The notes under the pieces are model-generated. The model saw nothing but the letters and a program-made list of their open reading frames with translations, was not told the origin of the DNA and searched no databases. The position numbers were made by a program, and so were the translations under genes. From Felis catus (Eukaryota), in contig NC_058368.1 of assembly GCF_018350175.1 (NCBI RefSeq), positions 89,840,001 to 89,904,000 of the forward strand: a stretch of DNA of 64,000 bases, written 5' to 3'. Positions 35,911-48,971 of this stretch are shown here, in pieces (the first letter of the stretch is position 1; each line of letters opens with the position of its first letter).

Positions 35911-36514
35911 GAGATGAAAAGTCCAATACCTAAAATGAAAAATTCACTAGCAGGGACTAAAGCAAACCTGAACCGGCAGAAGAATAATCAGAGAATTTAA
36001 AAAATAGGTCAAATTAAATTATCCAGTCTCATGAGTAGGAAGAAAAAAGAATGAAGAAAAATTAACACAGTCTAAGAGATCCATGGGACATCACTGAGCA
36101 TGCCAACATTGGAAGTCCCAGAAAAAGAGAGAGAAAGGGGGGCACCTGGCGGTTCTGTCAGTTGAGTGTCAGACTTCAGCTCAGGCCATGATCTCATGGT
36201 TCATGAGTTCTGGCCCTGCTTCGGATGGCTCAGAGCCTGGAGCCTGCTTCCGTTTCTGTGTCTCCCTCTCTCCTTTCCCTTCCCCGCTCATGCTCTGTCT
36301 CTCAAAAATAAATAAACTTAAAAAAATTGTTTAAAGATACAGAAAGGAGCAAAAAGAATATTTGAAGAAATAATTGTGAGAATCTTACCAAATTTGATAC
36401 AATACATGAATGTACATATCCAGGAAGCTCAACAATTTCTGAGTGGGATAAACTCAGAAATCTGCACTGACACACATTATAATTAAACTGTGGAAAGACA
36501 GAGACAGAATCTTG

Positions 36515-37360
36515 AATGCCATTGTGACAATGTGGATGACTCTGAAGGACATTATGCTGAATGAAACAAGTCAGACGGAAAGACAAATATTGTATGATCT
36601 CACTTATATGTAGAATATAACATACTTGAATTCATAGAAACAGAAAGTAGAATGGTAGTTACCAGGGGCTGGGTGGAGGGGGAAATGGAGAGATGTCAAG
36701 AAGTACAAAGTTTTAGTCATGCACAATGCATAAGTACTGGAGATCTAAGACACAACAATGTGACTATAGTTAACAATACTTGATAGTATACTTAAAATTT
36801 GCTAAGAGGGTAGATCTTTTTTTAAAGATTTTTATTTTTTTTAAGTTTATTTATTTTTGAGAGAGAGAGAGACAGAGCGTGAGTGGGGGAGAAGCAGAGA
36901 GAGAGAGAGAGAGGGAGACACGGAATCTGAAGCAGGCTCCAGGCTCTCAGCTGTCAGCACAGAGCCCATTGCGGGGCTCAAGTTCACAGACTGTGAGATC
37001 ATGACCTGCACCGAAGTCAGATGCTTAACTGACTGAGCCACCCAGTTGCCCCTAAGATTTTTATTTTTAAGTAATCTCTACACCCAACATGGGGCTCAAA
37101 CTTACAATCCCGAGATCAAGAGTTGCACGCTCTTCCAACTGAACCAGCCTGGTACCCCCTCTAAGACGATAGATCATAAGTGTTCTCCCCACCCGCCCCC
37201 CAAAGTGATAGCTATCTGAAGAGATGGATATGTTAATTAGCTTGAATGTGGTGATTATTTTGCAACATATATCAAAGAATCAAGTTGTACTTAAATTTAT
37301 TATCCTAAATAGAGAAAATTCTTAATTGTCAAATATACCTCAACTTAAAAATTAACTAAG
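36515..37360 (+). mobile_element. L1MA-type 3' end with nested SINEs (36830-37052, 37058-37159, minus)
   Basis: 'ggacattatgctgaatgaaacaagtcagac...tgactatagttaacaatact'. Confidence 0.8.
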
Positions 37361-37843
37361 TTTTTAAAAGAGAGTAAAAAGACAACTGATAGAATGGGAG
37401 AAAATATTTACAAATCATACATTTGATAAGGGCCTAGTATCCAGAATGTATAAAGAACTCTCACAACTCAACAACAAAAAAGACAGTCCAATTACAAAAT
37501 GGGTAAAGACTTGAATTAAACATTTCTCCAAGGAAGATACACAAATGGCCAACACACACATGAAAATATACTCCTTATCACTGATCATCAGGGAAACACA
37601 AATCAAAATCACAATGAGATACCACGTCATACCCAGAGGGCTGGCAATAACAACAGAAAATAACAAGTGTTGCCAAGGATGTGGAGTTGGATCCTTTGCG
37701 GACTACAGGTGGGAATGTAAAACATTGCCATCACTGTGGAAAAGTTTGGTTGTTCCTGGATAAGTTCAACATAGAATTACTATATGACCCAGCAATTCCA
37801 CTCCTAGGAACATACCTGAAAGAATTGAAAGCAGGTACTCGAA

Positions 37844-37912
37844 AAACCAAGAACACACTGTATACACTGTGTATGTTAGCCAACTTGACAATAAATTATA
37901 TTTAAAAAAAAA
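37844..37912 (+). mobile_element. Ultra-short carnivore L1 3' tip
   Basis: 'atgttagccaacttgacaataaatt' plus poly-A; TSD gaaagcaggtactcgaa / gaaaacaggtacttgaa. Confidence 0.8.
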
Positions 37913-38043
37913 GAAAACAGGTACTTGAATAAATACCTGTACACAAATGTTTATAGCAGCATTATTCATAATAGTCCGAGTGTGTAAACAATCCAAATTT
38001 CCATCAGTGGATGAATGGATAAACAAAAGGTGGTCTATGAATA

Positions 38044-38375
38044 TAGTTGACCCTTAAACAACACAGGTTTGAACTCTGAGGGTCCATTTATGTGTGGGTT
38101 TGTTACAGGACAGTACTAACTGCATTTTATCTTCCTTGTGATTTTCTTAATAACATTTTCTTTTCTCTAGCTTACCTTATTGTAAGAATACAGTATATAA
38201 TACATATAACATATACAAAATATGTGTTAATCAACTCTTTATGTTATTGGTGAGGTGTTTGGTCAACAATAGGCTATCAGTAGTTAAATGTTTGAGGAGT
38301 CAAAAGTTATACACAAATTTTTGACTGCATGGGGAATTAGGGCCTCTAACCCCTGAGTTGTTTAAAGGTCAACTG
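38044..38375. mobile_element. Tigger2-derived MITE (TcMar)
   Basis: TIRs tagttgacccttaaacaac / gttgtttaaaggtcaactg, flanked by TA. Confidence 0.88.
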
Positions 38376-39129
38376 TATAATCAAATATCATTTGGCTAAA
38401 AAATAAAGGAATGGCTTGATGATACACGCCAGAACTTGGAGGAATGGGGAAACCCTCTCAGTGAAAGAAGCCGGACACAAAGCACATGTATCATGAGATT
38501 CCATTGATATGAAGCATCCAGAATAGGCAGATCTATAGAAACAGAGAGCAGATTAGTGGTTGCCAGAGGTTGGGGGAAGGGAGAAATGGGGAGTGACTGT
38601 TAATGAGTCTGGGGTTTTCATTTGAGTTGGTGAGAGTGTTCTGGAACTAGATATTGGTAATGGTTGAACAGCAATATAAATGTACTTGCTGTCACTGAAT
38701 TGTATGCATTAAAATGATTCAAATTCAAATAGTAAATTCCATCATGTGTATCTTACCATAATAAGAAAAAATGGTAAAATGCATATCTACTATACAGTGC
38801 AGCCATTCCAATGGTCTGGGCTCAAGTCCTGGTTCCTCAACTTCCTGGAGAGAGACCCTGGGCATGTCCTACCTCTGAGTCTCCTCTCTGGGTCCCGTGG
38901 GATTGGCAGAAAGCTGGTCAGCCTTAAGGCCATACTTAGGTGGGACTTGAGGGCTCAACTCCTTGGGGGTGGGGGTTGAAATCAGATCCTGGGGTCAGAA
39001 TCAAGGAGACTGACAATGAGCTCCCCTGTGTAAGCCTCTAAATGTCAGCCTTGGTTTCCTAAGAAGTCACAGGGGGCACCGTAGAGAGAGACAACCTTCT
39101 TAGCATCCAGACTGGCATCTCCACTTTAC

Positions 39130-39300
39130 ACCTAAAGCCTTAGTGAAATTACCTTAGTGAAATTACCAAACCCTCAGAGCCTCAGTTTCCTCGTCTGTGA
39201 AATGGGGACAATAATATCTACTGTGGACTATGGGGAAGAAACAGTGATAAGAGATTTTATACTGTGCCTTATTCCAACAAGGTTTTGACGCAGCATGATA
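39130..39300 (+). mobile_element. MIR fragment with 14-bp tandem duplication (39138-39165)
   Basis: 'gagcctcagtttcctcgtctgtgaaatggggacaataata'. Confidence 0.75.
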
Positions 39301-40404
39301 ATGTGTGCCAAGGACCTAGAACCAATGAGTTTTCTCACCCTGTTCCCTCTCCCCTTCACAGGCTCACCCTTCTCCCTAGATACTCTGCCTTCATGACCTC
39401 ACCCCTTCTCCACCCAAGATTTCAGGAGAGAGCTTGACAATCCCACCCTAGTGGGAGAAGCCTGTCTGTGTATGAACACAGAATCTCAAGACTGGAGAGA
39501 GGGACTCCTGGGAGAAATTTGGCGAGGACAAGGTCTTTCCAGGACCGAAAGCTGGAGTACTCGATTCTCACTGGGTGAATGAACACAGTCCACTCTGGGC
39601 TCACAGTCCATTCCCAAGGAAGTTGTATTTGTGGCCAAGACAGCATGGTACCAGCTTGGAAACACCCCTTCCCCCCACTTCCTGGCCAGCTTAGCTGTGC
39701 CTTCGCCAGATGTGGCTGAACTCAGAGCTCACTTCCCCAGGCCTGCTGTGGGCCTGGGCCCAGGCACACATGACTCCCTGTAATCACAGTGCCTGTAATC
39801 ACAGTGCTGTCCACAATGCACTGCCTGGGTCACTAAGTTGCGACAGCTCTCACGCTTTGCCTTCCAAGCTAACAAGCCAAAATATGTAAGTCAAAGAGCC
39901 AGGCCCTTGCTGTGAGAGTTTCCCCCTTCTTGTGGATTATTTCATCAGAGCAAATTCCCAGCAGTGAGATGATTGGGCAGGAGAAGATGAACAAACATTT
40001 TTAGGGTTTTTGCTGCGTATTGCCAAATTATCTTCTGATGTTTGTATACTCTCACTATCAATAAATGAATATACTGGTTTCGCTACAGTGTTATTGGCAT
40101 TGGTTCTTATCCTTAACTTTTCAAAACTTTTGCAAATAGCTTTAGTCTTCCATTTTCAGAAATACAGTTTGCCTGTCGTAAGATTCTTAGACTATAGACA
40201 AACGGGGAGGTCACTGGTAATCAGACATCTTTCACAAAATAACTCAATTTTTGGTTGGCCATCATCAGAGCTTTACTTAAAAAGCAAATCTTATTTTGTC
40301 CCTACATTTCTCATTATGACACTAATGATCAAGAAGTCTTTGGTGTTATCAAATGTATAGTCCACAGTCACATTTCCCTCATTGCCTCAAAAATAAAGTC
40401 TCAA

Positions 40405-40600
40405 AGCTCCTGTGTGGCTCTGTTGGTTGAAGGTCTGACTCGATTTCAGCTCTGGTCTTGATCTCAGGGTCATGGGATTGAGCCCCATGTGGGGCTCTGT
40501 GTGGAGTGTGGAGCCTGCTTGAGATTTTCTCTCACTCTGTCTCTCTCTAAAAAATTGAAAAAAAACTTTTTAATTATAAAAATAAAATCTTTAAAAATAA
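40405..40600 (+). mobile_element. Older Can-SINE
   Basis: TSD aaataaagtctc. Confidence 0.8.
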
Positions 40601-40849
40601 AATAAAGTCTCCTCTCACTTATCTTTTTCAAATAGGCTCCATACAATGAATGGATGATATGTGCTGTTATGTTTCTTAATTCTCTTTTAATCTAGAATGC
40701 CACCCACCATGCCTTTCTTGCCACTGACTCGCTGCATGAACCAGGTCAGTCATGCTGTCGAGTTGCCATGCTGTTGAGTTTAACCGGACCCTCTATCTTC
40801 TCTTCCTCCTCTAACCTGGAAGTCAGTTTTAAAGTGTTCCCTAAACCCA

Positions 40850-41483
40850 TTTGCACTGTTGGCAGGAATGCAAACTGGTGCAGCTGCTCTGGAAAACAGT
40901 ATGGGGTTTCCTCAAAAAATTAAAAATAGATCTATCCTATGACCCAGAAACAGCACTGCTAGGAATTTACCCAAGGGATACAGGAGTGCTGATGCATAGG
41001 GGCACTTGTACCCCAATGTTTATAGCAGCACGTTCAACAATAGACAAATTATGGAAAGAGCCTAAATGTCCATCAACTGACGAATGGATAAAGAAATTGT
41101 GGTTTATATACAGAATGGAATACTACTTGGCAATGAGAAAGAATGAAATATGGACTTTTGTAGCAACATGGATGGAACTGGAGAGTGTTATGATAAGTGA
41201 AATAAGTCATATAGAGAAAGACAGATACCATATGTTTTCACTCTTTTGTGGATCCTGAGAAACTTAACAGAAGACCATGGGGGAGGGGAAGGAGAAAAAA
41301 AAAAGTTAGAGAGAGAGGGAGCCAAACCATAAGAGACTCCTAAAAACTGGGAACAAACTGAGGGTTGATGGGGGGTGGGAGGGAAGGGAGGGTAGGTGAT
41401 GGGTATTGAGGAGGGCACCTGTTGAGATGAGCACTGGGTGTTGTATGGAAACCAATTTGACAATAAATTTCATATTAAAAAAA
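40850..41483 (+). mobile_element. 5'-truncated felid L1 3' end
   Basis: ORF 40851..41258 is the ORF2 C-terminus; TSD taaagtgttcccta at 40830 and 41484. Confidence 0.95.
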
Positions 41484-41512
41484 TAAAGTGTTCCCTAGAC
41501 TCAGGTTCAGGT

Positions 41513-41755
41513 GTTTTTTTTTAATTTTTCTCCAATGTTTATCTATTTTTTTTGAGAGAGAGAGAGATAAAAAGAGAGGGAGAGAGAGAGAGAGAAGGGG
41601 GGGAGGGCAGAGAGAGGGACACACAGAATCTGAAATGGGCTCCAGGCTCTGAGCTGTCAGCACAGAGCCCGACGCAGGACTCAAACGCACAAACCACGAG
41701 ATCATGACCTGAGCTGAAGTCAGATGTTCAACTGTCTGAGCCACCCAGGTGCCCC
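41513..41755 (-). mobile_element. Can-SINE
   Basis: Full body and tail. Confidence 0.9.
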
Positions 41756-42289
41756 TGAGGCTCAGTTTTTTGAAAGAAACCTCAGAGGTCGGGCACATCC
41801 CCATTGGAGGGACAGGACATGTGGATGCTCCTCTCTTAGTGACTCCAACATTGGTCTCTGCAAAGTAAATGCCCCATCAACATTTTAGGCATTGATTGAT
41901 GCCATCAAGGTTGAGATGTGGTCTTGACTGGCCTAAGGACTCAGAGCCAGGAAGTGGCAGGGCAGGATGTGAGCCCAGGTTTCTTGCCTTCTGCCAGGCT
42001 CCTCCCTGCAGTTCAGGATGGGTCATGGATCAGAGCTGGCCTTGGCATTGGCTGCCTTCAAGTGGTGGTAATTGAGGAAATGGTCACTGTGTAAGCATGC
42101 CCACCTAAGGCTTCTATGACCAACACTGTCTAGCTCAACAAATGTTTATTGGCCACAGTCTCTGCTCTTGTGGAACATAGAGGTCAGTTTGTTGGTGGCT
42201 GTGCCTGTAAGCTGTCCATTAGGGTGGCCAGATGAGGTTTGCCCTAGAGATGGAGATGTGGAACATTGGCAAGAGATAAAAGCTGAGAC

Positions 42290-42510
42290 AAGTGCTTAGG
42301 TGGCTCAGCTGGTTAAGTGTCTGACTTTGGCTCAGGTCATGATCTCGAGGTTCACAAGTTTGAGCCCCGTGTGGGACTCTGTGCTGACAGCTCGGAGCCT
42401 GGAGCCTGCTTTGTGGGTTCTGTGTTTCCATCTCTCTCTGCCCCTCCCTCCCCCACTTGTACTTTGTCTGTGGTCTCAAAAATAAATAAAACCTTAAAAA
42501 AAATTTTTTT
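42290..42510 (+). mobile_element. Can-SINE
   Basis: TSD aagctgag. Confidence 0.88.
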
Positions 42511-43669
42511 AAGCTGAGGCAAGGCAGTGGAGGAGACAGCCATAGAGCACGTGAGGAGTAAAGGGGGCAGATGGCCTTGGTGATGTCCCATGATAATGGA
42601 GGAAAAATCATCTAACATAAGGAAGGGACGTGCAAAATCTTACCAGACCCCAAATATCCAACAGTAGGAGTGAGACTATGTGGGCCAGTCTAGTCATCCT
42701 GGGGAACACATTAAGAGAATGACATAGGGCCACGCACGGATGTATGTTCCACTTAACAAGACAGTTGATGGTAAGAAAATCAAGCTGTAGAACAATATGG
42801 ACAGATTATGCTGTTTATAACAGACATACAGATGCTTATAAGCACTAGAGGCGGACACTTGTGTCTGTAAATGCACAAAGAGTCAGCAAATCCAAATAAT
42901 GTTTACCTGGGCCTGAGATTCACCGAAGGGCAAGTGGTCAAGGTATCCTTGGCTTTGTTGAAATAATTCCATTGGTATAAGAAAAATGTGTTCACCTGTT
43001 ACTTGAATATTTAAAATTAATTGAACAGTATTAGTGGAAAGAAAGCTGCTCAGAGACTTTGTGGCAATGGCTGTTATCTCAGCCTGGAGGCTGCCAAGTC
43101 TGGGGACACTCCAGGCTTGGGGTGAGGCAAGATGGACAGCTCCCTGAGGCCCAGCCCCTGGCTACCACCCCAGGCACTGGGGGATGCAACATGCCAGCCT
43201 CCCATCATCCAGCCAGGCCTGCAGCAAGCCCTCCTTCAAGGTGGCAGGGGCTATTGTCTCCCTGGTTTCCTCCTGAGGATGGGGGAGGGACCAACAGGGG
43301 ACCTAAGGGTCAAGACTCTGGTTGAGTGTATACTGAGAATGGATCCCTGGCCCACCTGTGACGTGGAGAGTTCTGGAGGTGAGACTGACCTTGGGTGGGG
43401 CATTTTAAGTGCATCAGCTGCCATAGGCAGTCTATAGTCATCCAGGCTCCATCTGTGGTCACTCCCCCAGATCCAAAGCCCCTCCAGATGGGCTGCCATC
43501 CCTACCTCAGTCAGAACAGACCAAGGTATGACCAAGGGGACACAAGAGGCTCTTCCCTCCCAAGTCATGCTCAGGACCCTGGGACCCAGCTTGGAAAGGA
43601 TGCTCCTGGGCCTCTGGAAGGCTGGGGATGAAATGGATCTGCAAAGTTAGAGGGAAGAGCAAACCCGGG

Positions 43670-43760
43670 CCCCTCCCTCTCTCTCTGCCCCTCCCCTGCT
43701 TACACTCTGTTTCTCTCTCTCTCAAAAAATATAAATAAACATTTAAAAAATTGATAAAAA
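43670..43760 (+). mobile_element. Can-SINE 3' fragment
   Basis: CT repeat and A tail only. Confidence 0.75.
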
Positions 43761-44949
43761 AGAATACAGCATGGGTTCATCTTCCCCAAAGAATTCCCCC
43801 ATGTCACTCCTTTGTAGAAACCCAGTCCCTATATGTATCTCTTGGCCACCACTGATCTGTTCTTCCTTCCTATTATTTTTACTATTTTCAGGATGTCATA
43901 TAAATGAAATCGTGGAAGTATGAAACTCTAGAGTCTGACTTCTTCATTTAGCATAATGTCTTTGAGATCCTTGTCTCAATAAATTTGAAAGGATTGAAGT
44001 CATACAAATCATGTTCTGTGACCACACTGGAATTAAATTAGAAACCCACAAAAGAAAGATATCTGGGAAATATCCAAGTATTTGGACACTCAATAATACA
44101 ATTACAAATAACCCACGGTGAAAGAATAAAGCAAAAAGAAAATTAGAAAGTATTTTGAATGGAATGAAAATGAAAGCAAGCCTATCAGAGCTTATGGAAT
44201 TCAGGTAAAGCTGTACAAAAGGAAACCTTTAAAAAAAGGAGAGCAAATTAAAGCTAAAATAATCAGAAGAAAGGACATAATAAAGATCAAAGAGGAAATC
44301 AATAAAGTAGAAAACCAAAAACAAAAAGGACAATAGAGAGACCAATAAAACTGATAGATGTTTAGCCACACTGAAATTTGAGAGCATACAGAATTACCAA
44401 TAACAGAAATGAGAGAGGTTCCATTACTACAGATTTCTAAAGATATTTTAAAATGAGAGAAGAATATTCAGAAAAACTCTGTATAAATGTGAAAACCTGG
44501 ATGAAATGCATAAATTTCCTTGAAAGCCACAAACTACTGAGGCCAACTCAAGACAAAATAGATACATATCATTGTATTCATTAAAGAAATTAATTTTGTA
44601 GTTACAAAGAAAACTCCAGGCCCAAATGGTTTCACCAGGGAATTCACCAAACATTTAAGGAGGAAATAGTAACAATTCTATACAAGTTCTTCCATAACAT
44701 TGAAGTGGAGGCAATATTTCCCAACTACTTTCATGAGGCCAGCATTACCCTGGTATCAAAACCAAGCAAAGACATTCTAAGACTAAAATTTCTATTTTAC
44801 ATGGAATTTAGATGAAAAAAATTTAAACAAAAGCTTAGCAAACCAAATTCAACAATATGTAAAAAGATTCATACGTCATGACCAATAAGGGTTTATTACA
44901 AGAAGGTAGGGTTGATTGAACATTGAAAAATCACAGTGGAACTCAGTAT

Positions 44950-45381
44950 AGGTAGTAGGTTGAATAGTGTCTCTCCCACCTGCATTCATGTCTACCCAGA
45001 ACTTCAGAATATGACCTTATCTGGAAATAGTCTTTGCAGATGTCTAAAGATTTTGAGATAAAATCATCATAGGTTTAGGATGGGCCCTAAACCCAATGAC
45101 TGGTGTCCTTATAAGAAGAGGAGAAGTCACAAATACAAACATGAGGAAGACCGTGAGAAGGTAGGCAGAGACTAGAGTTATCTGGCCACTACTCAAGGAA
45201 TGCCTGGGGCCACTAGAAGACACAAGGAAGGATTCTCCCTTAGAGCCTTTAGAGGGAGCATGGCTCTTCTGACACCTTGTTTTCAGACTTCTAGCCTCTG
45301 TAACTGTGAGAGAATAAATTTCTGTTTTTAAGCCACAAAGTTAGTGGTAATTTGTTACAGAAACCCTAGAAAACTAGTAGA
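44950..45381 (+). mobile_element. MaLR solo LTR (MLT1C-like)
   Basis: 'gtaggttgaatagtgtc...atgaccttatctggaaatagtctttgcagatg...gtggtaatttgttacagaaaccctagaaaacta'. Confidence 0.88.
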
Positions 45382-45483
45382 CCATGCTAAGTAACTAACA
45401 CCAAAAAACCATATGATCATCTCAATAAATGAGGAAAAACCACTTGACAAAATCTGACATCCATTCCTCATAAAAACCGTCTC

Positions 45484-45640
45484 GGGGCACCTGGGTGGTT
45501 CAGTTGGTTAAGTGTCTGACATCAGCTCAGGATGCAATCTCACGATTAGCAAATTCAACCCCATGTTGGGCTCTGTGCTGACGCTCAAAGCCTGGAGCCT
45601 GCTTCTGATTCTGTGTCTCCCTCTCTTTGCCCCTCCTCTG

Positions 45641-45688
<48 letters not shown>

Positions 45689-45710
45689 AATAAATAAACA
45701 TTTAAAAAAA
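45484..45710 (+). mobile_element. Can-SINE with long (CT)n
   Basis: Full body and tail. Confidence 0.9.
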
Positions 45711-46835
45711 TCTCAGCAAATTAGGAATGGAGAGGGAACCTCCTCAATCCAATAAAGAGCATAGATTAAAACAAACAAACAAACAAACAAACAAACAATT
45801 TCCAGCTAACAGCATGAATAGTGAAAGATCACAGGCTTTCCCCTGTGATCAGGAACATGACAAGGATGTTCACCCTCATCACTTCACTCAGGATTGTACT
45901 GAAGTTTTAGCCAGTGCAATCAGGCATGAAAAAGAAAAAAAAAAGTCATTTAGATTGGGATAGAAGGAGAAAAACTGACTTTATTTACAGATTATCCATT
46001 CTTTTATGGAGAAAATCTGATGAAATCTATAAAAACAGCTACTAGAACCCATGAGTTTAACAAGGTTCTAAATTCAAAATAAATATCCAAAAATCAGTTC
46101 TATTTCTACATGCTAGAATTGAAAAAATAAGATATTAAAAATAAATATAATTGACAACAGCATTATAAAGAGCTGAAAAAAAGTTGTATATTGACACTAC
46201 AAAACATTCCTAAGAAATTAAAGAATATCTAAAGAAAATAAATAGAGAGATAAACTTTGTTCATCGGTTGGAAAACTTTATATTGTTAAGATGTCAGTTC
46301 TCCCACAATTGGTCTAGAGATTCAGTACAATCTCAGTCATAATTGCAGGAGGGCTTTTGTGGAAATTGACAAGATGATTCTAAAATTCACATGAAAATGC
46401 AAAGGATCTAGAATAGCCAAAACAACTTTGGAACAAAGTTGATGAGTTAACCTTACCTGATTTCAGGATTTATTCTAAAGCTACGACAATAAAGACAGTG
46501 TGGTACTAGCCTAAAGATTCCATCTTTTGGATTATTTGAAAATTTTTTAGTATTCCATTTTAATTAATTTATATGATTTATGTATGTATGTCTGCATAAA
46601 CTTTTTAGTGGTCATTATAGGCATTATGATATGATATGGTATGTTATGATAATTTCTTAGTCTACTAAAAATCAATCCAGTAGAATGTAGACACCTTCAC
46701 CATAACTTTTTCCTTTATACTGTAGTTGTCTTATGTATTATATCTACCATAATCTTTGCTTATAACATCAAACATGTTTTAAAGAATTTAAGATGAGAAT
46801 ATCTTATTATATTTACTGAGATATTTGCCATGTCT

Positions 46836-48097
46836 TTTTTTAAATAAAAAAAATATATATTTTCAGAATAGAATTTAATGATTCATCACTTACATGTAAC
46901 ACCCAGTGCTTATCCCAACCAGTGTCCTCCTTAATGCTCCTCACCCTTTGAGCCCTTCTCCCACCCAACACCCTGCCAATGACCCTCAGTGTGTTCTCTG
47001 TATTTAGGAGTCTCTTATGGTTTTCTCCCTCTCTGTTTTCATATCACCTTTGCTTTCCTTCCTTTATATTCATCCATTTTGTATCTCAAATTCCACATGT
47101 GAGTGAAATCATATGATACTTGTCTTTCTCTGATTGAGTTATTTCACTTAGTATAATGCATTCTAGTTCTAACCACATTGTTGCAAATGGCAAGATTTCA
47201 TTCTTTTTCATCGCCAAGTAATATTCCATTGAATATACAACAAATCTTCTTTATCCATTCATCAGTAGATGCACATTTGGGATCTTTCCATACTTTGGCT
47301 ATTGTCTGTAGTGCTGATATAAACAGTGGGGTTCATGTGCCCCTTTGAATCATCATTTCTGTATCCTTTGGATAAATACCTAGTAGTGTAATTGCTGGGT
47401 CATAGGGTAGTTCTATTTTTAACGTTTTGAGGAACCTCTATACTGTTTTCCAGAGTGGCTGCACCAGTTTGCACTCCATCATCAGAGAAAAAATGTTTTC
47501 TTTTCTCTGCATCCTCACCAACATCTGTTTTGACCTGAGTTGTTAATTTTAGCCATTCTGATAGGTGTGAGGTGGTATCTCATAGAGGTTTTGATTTGTA
47601 TTTCCCTGATGATAAGTGATGTTGAACACTTCCATGTGTCTGTTAGCCATCTGGATGTCTTCTCCTCCTCCTCCTCCTCCTTTTTTTAAAGAGAGAGAGA
47701 GAGAGAACAAGCAGGGGAAGGGCAGAGAGAGACAGGGAAACACTCCAAGAATCCAAGACAGGCTCCAAGCTCTGAGCTGTCAGCATAGAGCCTGATGCAG
47801 GGCTCAAACCCATGAACCATGAGATTATGACCTGAGCCGAAGTCTGACATTCAACCAACTGAGCCACCCAGGAGCCCCTGGATATCTTCTTTGGAAAAGT
47901 GTTTGTTCATGTATTTTGCCCATTTCTTCACTGGATTATTTGTTTTTTTGGTTGTTGAGTTTGATAATCTCTTCATAGATTTTGGATACTAGCCCTTTAT
48001 CTGATGTGTCATTTGCAAATATCTCCTCCCATTCTGTCGGTTGCCTTTTAGTTTTGCTGATTGTTTCCTTCGCTGGGCAGAAGCTTTTTATCTTGAG
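46836..48097 (-). mobile_element. 5'-truncated carnivore L1 with a nested SINE (47663-47877)
   Basis: L1 3' UTR and ORF2 end; flanked by a ~41-bp direct repeat at 46795 and 48098; SINE TSD ctggatgtcttct / ctggatatcttct. Confidence 0.9.
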
Positions 48098-48138
48098 GAG
48101 AATATATTATTATATTTACTGAGATATTTATCATTTCT

Positions 48139-48369
48139 TTTATTAATTAAAAATTATTTTAATTTTAGAGAGAGAGTGCACAAGCGAGGGAGAGGGGTAG
48201 AGGGAGAAAGAAAGAGAGAGAGAGAGAGAAAGAGAGAGAGACAGAATCCTAAGCAGGCTCCATGTTCAGTGTGGAGCCCAATGCAAGTCTTGATTCCATG
48301 ACCCTGGGATCATGACCTGAGCCAAAATCAAAATCAGATGTTCAACTAACAGAGCCATCCAGGCGCCCC
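48139..48369 (-). mobile_element. Can-SINE
   Basis: TSD atatttatcatttct / atattgaccatttct. Confidence 0.88.
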
Positions 48370-48565
48370 AATATTGACCATTTCTGTTGTTCTTCTTTTA
48401 TTCCAGTTTTTCCAAGTTTACTCTTCTGTCTGAAAAAATTCTAGCAGTTCTTTTGGTGCTAGCAACAAATTATCTTAGTTTCCCTTCCTCTGAGAAGGTC
48501 TTTACTTCAAATCATTTCTGAAAGATATTTTTATTGGATCTGAAATTCTGTGTTATTCCAACAGT

Positions 48566-48803
48566 TTTAACAGAAACCCATGGGGGAGGGGAAGAAAAAG
48601 GGGAAAAAAAAAGAAAAAAAAAGAGGTTAGAGTGGGAGAGAGCCAAAGCATAAGAGACTCTTAAAAACTGAAAACAAACTGAGGGTTGATGGGGGGTGGG
48701 AGGGAGGGGAGGGTGGGTGATGGGTATTGAGGAGGGCACCTTTTGGGATGAACACTGGGTGTTGTATGGAAACCAATTTGACAGTAAATTTCATATATTG
48801 AAA

Positions 48804-48853
<50 letters not shown>

Positions 48854-48855
48854 AA
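48566..48855 (+). mobile_element. Felid L1 3' UTR fragment with (TAAA)n tail
   Basis: Near-identical to the 3' UTR at 41262-41483. Confidence 0.9.
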
Positions 48856-48971
48856 ATATTATTCCATTGCCTTTTGGGTTCTATGGTTTCCAATGTAATA
48901 TCTGTAGTCATTTGAATTGATATTTCCCTATATACGGTGTGTCATTTTTCTCTGGTTGCTTTTAAGATATA

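Larger units (their letters stand above)
33360..36510 (+). mobile_element. Old L1 5'/ORF1 region hosting a young L1, an MLT1 LTR and SINEs (33653-33870, 36138-36330)
   Basis: 'aaattcactagcagggact', 'aaaaagaatgaagaaaaattaacacagtctaagagatccatgggac' are ORF1-like. Confidence 0.65.
37370..38770 (+). mobile_element. L1MB-type ORF2 end and 3' UTR
   Basis: ORF 37545..37763 (MANTHMK...IKITMRYH) is L1 ORF2 C-terminal. Confidence 0.8.
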
